50,512 nt of DNA from a bacterium (GTDB lineage Bacteria > Zhuqueibacterota > Zhuqueibacteria > Oceanimicrobiales > Oceanimicrobiaceae). The stretch is taken from contig JBHHXT010000013.1 in the NCBI GenBank assembly GCA_046757165.1, positions 1 through 50,512 of the forward strand, written 5' to 3'. The notes under the pieces are model-generated. The model was not told the DNA's origin. It saw only the letters and a program-made list of their open reading frames with translations, and did no database searches. The first letter of the stretch is position 1. Every line of letters starts with the position of its first letter. Shown here piece after piece: positions 45,481 through 50,512 of the stretch. Made by a program: the position numbers and the translations under genes.

Positions 45481-47547
45481 TTGGAAAAGAAGGAAAGACT
45501 ACTCGTTACCAGCGCCCTGCCGTATGCGAACGGACCGCTGCATATCGGACATATCGCCGGGGCATATTTGCCCGCTGACATCTTTGTGCGCTACCATCGC
45601 TTGCAAGGCAGCGATGTTGTCTACATCTGCGGTTCGGATGAGCACGGCGTGGCCATCACCATTCGCGCCGAGCAAGATGGCGTGGCGCCGCAGAAGATCA
45701 TCGACCGCTTCTATAAATTGAACAAAACGAGTTTTGAACGCTTTGGGGTGAGCTTCGACAATTACTCGAGAACCTCCCTGCCGATCCACCATGAAACCGG
45801 ACAGGAGTTCTTCCTCGATATGGTCAACCAGGGCATCTTGAAAAAGAAGCGAGAAAAGCAATTCTACGACCAGGAAGCGGGCATGTTCCTGCCGGACCGC
45901 TATGTCGAGGGCACGTGTCCCAAATGCGGCTCTCCGGAGGCGCGTGGCGACCAGTGCGAAAGCTGTGGCAGCGCCTTGAACCAGACAGAGCTGATCGACC
46001 CCACGAGCAAAATCACCGGCAGGAAACCCACGCTGCGCGAGACCTACCACTGGTATTTCCCCCTGGGTGACTTTCAGGACAAATTGAAAAGCTATCTCGA
46101 CCAGCGCCCCGGGTGGAAGGAAAACGTCCGCAACTACTGCTACGGCTGGATCAAGCAGGGGTTGCAGGACCGGGCGGTGACGCGCGATCTGAGCTGGGGC
46201 ATCGAAGTCCCGCTCCAGGAGGCGCAGGGAAAAGTCATCTACGTCTGGTTCGAGGCGGTTCTGGGCTACATTTCTTCCACCAAGGAGTGGGCGCAGAAAA
46301 TCGGCCAGCCAGAACGGTGGAAGGAATATTGGCAAGACGAGAATTGCAAGCTCATTCATTTCATCGGCAAGGATAATATCGTTTTCCATGCCGTCATGTT
46401 TCCGGCGTTTCTCATGGCCAAAGGGGGCTACGTCCTGCCTTGTGATGTGCCAGCCAACGAGTTCCTGAACCTGGAAGGGCAGAAGTTCTCGACCAGCCGC
46501 GACTTCGCGATTTGGGTCGATGACTACCTGGATAGATTTCCAGCGGATCCAATGCGCTACTGTCTTGCGGCCATCGCGCCCGAGACGAAAGACTCTGACT
46601 TCTCGTGGAAAGACTTCCAGACGCGCAACAACAGCGAGCTGGTCGGCATTCTGGGCAATTTTGTCAACCGCTCGTTGACCTTTGTCGCGCGGCATTTCGA
46701 CACCAGGGTGCCGCAGCAGTACGGCCTCGACGAGCTGGACCGGTGGATGCTGCAGCGCATTGCGGATGCCCCGCAAAAAATCGCCGCCGCGATCGAGAAG
46801 TACGAGATGCGGCAAGCCCTGCGCGATTTCATGGAGGTGGCGCGCGATGCGAACAAATATTTCAATGACAAACAACCCTGGCGAACGGTCAAAGTCGACC
46901 GGGAGGCGTGCAGCACGACGCTGAACATCTGTATTCAGGTCTCGAAAGCGCTGGCCGTGTTCATGGCGCCCTTCATGCCATTTTCCGCCGAGAAGTTGTG
47001 GCAGATGCTCAACCTCGATTCGGACGTGCACAAACGAAACTGGCTGACGGCTGGCCAAGAGCCGCTGCCAGCCGGACACGCTTTGAACAAACCCGAGATT
47101 CTCTTTGCCAAGATCGAGGACGACGTCATCGCAGCAGAGTTGGCAAGGTTGCACAAGAAAACCGCGGATCAGGGTGGGCAGCGCACAGAGCCGGAAGGAA
47201 AAGCGCCAACCCAAGAAGGCAAGCTGATTTCGCTCGCTGAATTTCAAAAAGTCGACCTGCGCATCGCCAAAGTTCTGACCGCCGAGAGGGTGCCGAAGGC
47301 AGACAAGCTGTTGCGGCTGGAAGTACAGTTAGGAACCGAAAAACGGCAGATCGTCGCCGGTATGGCGGAGTTCCTGTCGCCGGAGGAGCTGCCGGGCAAA
47401 TATGTCGTGGTGGTCGCCAATTTGAAACCGGTGAAAATACGTGGTTTGGAGTCGCAGGGGATGCTGCTGGCGGCAGAGTCGGAATCCGGGGCGTTGAGTT
47501 TGCTCACGGTGGCCCAGGAGATTGCAACCGGCGCCAGGGTCAAGTAG
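45481..47547 (+). CDS. metG: Methionine--tRNA ligase with C-terminal tRNA-binding domain
   Basis: ALPYANGPLHIGH, CPKC/CESC knuckle, YVWFE, KFSTS, ESQGMLLAA. Confidence 0.98.
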   Translation: MEKKERLLVTSALPYANGPLHIGHIAGAYLPADIFVRYHRLQGSDVVYICGSDEHGVAITIRAEQDGVAPQKIIDRFYKLNKTSFERFGVSFDNYSRTSLPIHHETGQEFFLDMVNQGILKKKREKQFYDQEAGMFLPDRYVEGTCPKCGSPEARGDQCESCGSALNQTELIDPTSKITGRKPTLRETYHWYFPLGDFQDKLKSYLDQRPGWKENVRNYCYGWIKQGLQDRAVTRDLSWGIEVPLQEAQGKVIYVWFEAVLGYISSTKEWAQKIGQPERWKEYWQDENCKLIHFIGKDNIVFHAVMFPAFLMAKGGYVLPCDVPANEFLNLEGQKFSTSRDFAIWVDDYLDRFPADPMRYCLAAIAPETKDSDFSWKDFQTRNNSELVGILGNFVNRSLTFVARHFDTRVPQQYGLDELDRWMLQRIADAPQKIAAAIEKYEMRQALRDFMEVARDANKYFNDKQPWRTVKVDREACSTTLNICIQVSKALAVFMAPFMPFSAEKLWQMLNLDSDVHKRNWLTAGQEPLPAGHALNKPEILFAKIEDDVIAAELARLHKKTADQGGQRTEPEGKAPTQEGKLISLAEFQKVDLRIAKVLTAERVPKADKLLRLEVQLGTEKRQIVAGMAEFLSPEELPGKYVVVVANLKPVKIRGLESQGMLLAAESESGALSLLTVAQEIATGARVK

Positions 47548-47584
47548 ACAGGCGTCTCGCTTGAATGGGAAAAGGCCCAACACC

Positions 47585-48367
47585 ATGCTCATCGAAACAC
47601 ACGCCCATCTCACCTTCGACCGTTTCGATGAGGACCGCGAAGCGGTCATCGAGCGGGCTTTCGAGAAGGGCGTCGGGAAAATCATCAACGTCGCTACCGA
47701 CGTCGAGAGCAGCAAGCGGTGCATCGAGCTGGCCGAGGGGCAGGATGGCCTGTTTGCCACCGTCGGCATTCATCCCAACGACTCGGAAAAATTGAATGCG
47801 GCGGCGTTGGCAAAGCTGCACGAGCTGAGTCATCATCCGAAGGTGGTGGCCATTGGGGAAATCGGCATGGACTTTTACCGGGACACCTGCCCGCCGGCGG
47901 CGCAGGAAGGGGCGTTCCGGGAGCAGATTCGTTTCGCCAAAGAGAGCGGGCTTCCGATTGTCATTCACAATCGCGAGGCCGGCGCGCAGATTGTGGCGGT
48001 GCTCAGGTCTGAAGGAACAACCGACCTGGCAGGGGGGGTCTTTCATTGCTTTTCCGGGGACCGGCAGATGGCTGAGGCGGTGCTGGAGCTGGGATTTCAC
48101 ATTTCGTTTACCGGCAATCTGACCTTCAAGAAATCCGAGCTGCCTCGAGTCGCCCGAGCCGTGCCGTTGGAAAGACTTTTGCTGGAAACCGACTGCCCGT
48201 TTCTTTCCCCCGAACCGAAACGGGGGCGGCGCAACGAGCCCGCCAACGTCGTCTACATCGCCGAGAAGCTGGCCGGGATCAAGGGAATGGCTTTTTCAGA
48301 AATCGCAACCGCGACAACCAGAAACGCGAACCGTCTTTTTGGATTGGGTGAAAAGGATATGGAGTGA
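47585..48367 (+). CDS. tatD: TatD-family DNase/hydrolase
   Basis: ETHAHL, GIHP, GEIGMD, IHNRE, FHCF, LETDCP. ATG at 47585 is preferred. Confidence 0.95.
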   Translation: MLIETHAHLTFDRFDEDREAVIERAFEKGVGKIINVATDVESSKRCIELAEGQDGLFATVGIHPNDSEKLNAAALAKLHELSHHPKVVAIGEIGMDFYRDTCPPAAQEGAFREQIRFAKESGLPIVIHNREAGAQIVAVLRSEGTTDLAGGVFHCFSGDRQMAEAVLELGFHISFTGNLTFKKSELPRVARAVPLERLLLETDCPFLSPEPKRGRRNEPANVVYIAEKLAGIKGMAFSEIATATTRNANRLFGLGEKDME

Positions 48368-49173
48368 GCGAGCTGACATTCCGCCCCCGGCAAAGCCTGG
48401 GGCAGAATTTTTTGATGGATGAAAACGTTGCCCGCAAGATCATCCGAACCCTGACCCCAAATCCGGAAGACGTCATTGTTGAAATCGGTCCCGGGTTTGG
48501 GGTTTTGACTGCCCATGTGCTGCCCGTGGCTCGGCGGGTGGTCGCAGTGGAGATCGACCGCCGGTTGGTGCAGCAGCTGCAAACGAGATTTGCCGGATTC
48601 GACAACCTTGAATTGGTTACCGGCGACTTCTTGAAAGTCGAGCTCGAGCCCTACCGTCAGGGGAGCGCCAGGCTGAGAGTGCTGGGCAACATCCCGTACC
48701 ACATCACCAGTCCGGTGATTTTCAAGGTCTTCGAGGCGAGGCAGCACGTGCAAGACATGCTGTTGATGATCCAGCGGGAAGTGGCAGAGCGGATTGTTGC
48801 CCGGCCGCGGTGCAAGGCTTACGGCATTCTGTCGGTGTTCAGCCAATTGTATGCCGAGCCTGAAATCGCGTTTCATGTGTCGAGCAACGTGTTTGTCCCT
48901 CGTCCGGAGGTCGGCTCCTCCGTGGTGCGATGGGATTTTTCCGGGGCGCAGAGGCGGCGCGTTGCAGACGAGGCCCTGCTGGGGAAAATCATCCGTACCT
49001 GCTTCAATCAGCGCCGGAAAATGCTGCGCAAATCGCTCAAGCGGGTGGCCGGCGCAGAGCAGCTCCTCTCCCAGATCGATTTTGATCTGCAGAGGCGGCC
49101 AGAAGAACTGAGCGTTGAAGAGTTTGTGGAACTGAGTAACCAATTTGCGGAAGCGTGGAAGAATCGGACTTAA
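48364..49173 (+). CDS. rsmA: 16S rRNA m6,2A dimethyltransferase
   Basis: LGQNFL, EIGPGFG, EID, NIPYHIT, QREVAER, QRRKML. Confidence 0.97.
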   Translation: MSELTFRPRQSLGQNFLMDENVARKIIRTLTPNPEDVIVEIGPGFGVLTAHVLPVARRVVAVEIDRRLVQQLQTRFAGFDNLELVTGDFLKVELEPYRQGSARLRVLGNIPYHITSPVIFKVFEARQHVQDMLLMIQREVAERIVARPRCKAYGILSVFSQLYAEPEIAFHVSSNVFVPRPEVGSSVVRWDFSGAQRRRVADEALLGKIIRTCFNQRRKMLRKSLKRVAGAEQLLSQIDFDLQRRPEELSVEEFVELSNQFAEAWKNRT

Positions 49174-50507
49174 AAAACATCATCGATGACCTGGAGTATC
49201 TGGCGAACGAGAGAGACAGCCGGATGATTCTCAATATCCTCGTCGGCAACCATCCGGCGGACATTGCGATCATCATCCAGAGTCTCCCTACCGAGTACAG
49301 CCGGTACGTCTTCGGACTTCTCGACGCTGACACGGCTTCGGACGTTCTCGTGGAACTCGATGACGTGACGACCGACCGACTGGTCTCAGATCTCAACAAC
49401 GAGCGCTTGTCGGAAATCGTCGACGAGATGGATTCTGATGATGCCACGGACCTGGTGGCGGATCTGCCGGAGGAGGTGGCAGAGAAAGTCCTTGAATCCG
49501 TTGACACCGAGGTTTCTGACGACGTCAAAGTGCTGTTGCAACATGAGGAAGACACCGCCGGCGGCATCATGGCCCTGGAGTACGTGGCCGTTTCCGTCAC
49601 GGATACCGTCGACCAGGCCATTCGAGAGATTCGTGCCAAAGCGGACGAGGTCGAGGAAGTTTACAATGTCTATGTCGTCGATGAAGCAGGGTTGCTGGTC
49701 GGCTTTCTGCCGCTCAAAAAACTGCTCCTGGCGAAATCCAACCGCAAGATCAAGAACCTGATGGTCAAAGACGTGATCAGCGTGCCGGTGGACCTGGATC
49801 AGGAGGCGGTGGCGAACATCTTTCGAAAGTACAATCTGGTGTCTGTGCCAGTCGTCGACTGGCAAGGCAAACTGGTTGGTCGCATCACGGTTGACGATGT
49901 GGTGGAAGTGATGGAAGAGGAGGCCTCCGAGGACTTGCAACGGATGGCCGGCATTGCCGACGAGGAGGAGATCCGCGAGACCTCGGTGTTCAAGATCTCG
50001 TCCGGTCGTTTGCCGTGGCTGCTGGTTGCGTTTAGCGGCGAGCTGGTGGCGGCGCTTTCATTGAGCCAATTCGAGGCTTCCCTGAAGCAAGTGTTCATCG
50101 CCACTTTTTTTATTCCGCTGATGATGGCGATGGGCGGCAATGCTGGTATGCAAACGGCTATCATCGTCGTGCGCAGCATGGCGCTCGGTGAGCTCAATCC
50201 GGGCCAGACGTTCAAGCGGTTGCGGCGGGAAGTCAAAGTTTCGCTCTTTAATGGTTCTGTCTGTGGCATTCTGCTTTTCCTGGTGGTCTCTGTCATCGAC
50301 CATCCGCCTTTTGCCTTTGTGCTCGCGGTGTCCATGCTCACGGTCATCTTGAATGCGTCGTTTGTCGGCGCCAGCGTGCCGCTCGTGCTGCGCAAAATCG
50401 GCATCGACCCGGCGATTGCAACCGGACCGTTGATTACGACCTTCAACGACATCGTCGGGCTGTCCATCTATTTGGGGTTGATGACCGCAGCGTTGCACTA
50501 TATGTGA
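49155..50507 (+). CDS. mgtE: Magnesium transporter MgtE
   Basis: HPADIA N-domain, TAGGIM with a CBS pair, RLPWL, MGGNAG, DPAIATGPLITTFND. Confidence 0.96.
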   Translation: MEESDLKNIIDDLEYLANERDSRMILNILVGNHPADIAIIIQSLPTEYSRYVFGLLDADTASDVLVELDDVTTDRLVSDLNNERLSEIVDEMDSDDATDLVADLPEEVAEKVLESVDTEVSDDVKVLLQHEEDTAGGIMALEYVAVSVTDTVDQAIREIRAKADEVEEVYNVYVVDEAGLLVGFLPLKKLLLAKSNRKIKNLMVKDVISVPVDLDQEAVANIFRKYNLVSVPVVDWQGKLVGRITVDDVVEVMEEEASEDLQRMAGIADEEEIRETSVFKISSGRLPWLLVAFSGELVAALSLSQFEASLKQVFIATFFIPLMMAMGGNAGMQTAIIVVRSMALGELNPGQTFKRLRREVKVSLFNGSVCGILLFLVVSVIDHPPFAFVLAVSMLTVILNASFVGASVPLVLRKIGIDPAIATGPLITTFNDIVGLSIYLGLMTAALHYM

Positions 50508-50512
50508 GGCAC

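Noticed and set aside
45499..47247. 582-aa antisense ORF opposite metG (also 465 aa opposite argS, 346 aa opposite porU, 342 aa opposite the SDR gene)
   Set aside because: They mirror well-supported genes, show no recognisable motifs, and are expected shadows of codon bias in GC-rich genes.

Overview
Gene-dense bacterial chromosomal segment, mostly + strand, with about 37 coding regions. No rRNA, tRNA, CRISPR array or intact transposase was seen. The gene content suggests a diderm FCB-superphylum organism such as KSB1/Calditrichota (inference, not tested): a PorU-like C25 sortase, a T9SS-type/FlgD-Ig C-terminal sorting domain substrate and a TonB-dependent receptor. Two housekeeping clusters dominate: folC-rho-rpmE2-DUF1385-prfA-prmC-PMM and envC-holB-ricT-metG-tatD-rsmA-mgtE. 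The less ordinary elements are: (1) a ~1,785-aa secreted modular protein with an apparently perfect 1,630-bp internal duplication whose junction is nonetheless unique; (2) a decayed four-helix-bundle gene bracketed by inverted arrays of short repeats, plus other short-repeat and palindromic elements in several intergenic gaps; (3) an S55 peptidase/beta-propeller gene pair; (4) a sigma54-type promoter on an orphan TonB receptor; (5) several proteins with altered catalytic motifs (M20 pseudo-enzyme, internally deleted histidine kinase, ArgRS without HIGH, EcfA with H-loop Gln). All calls come from reading motifs by eye; no database search was run.
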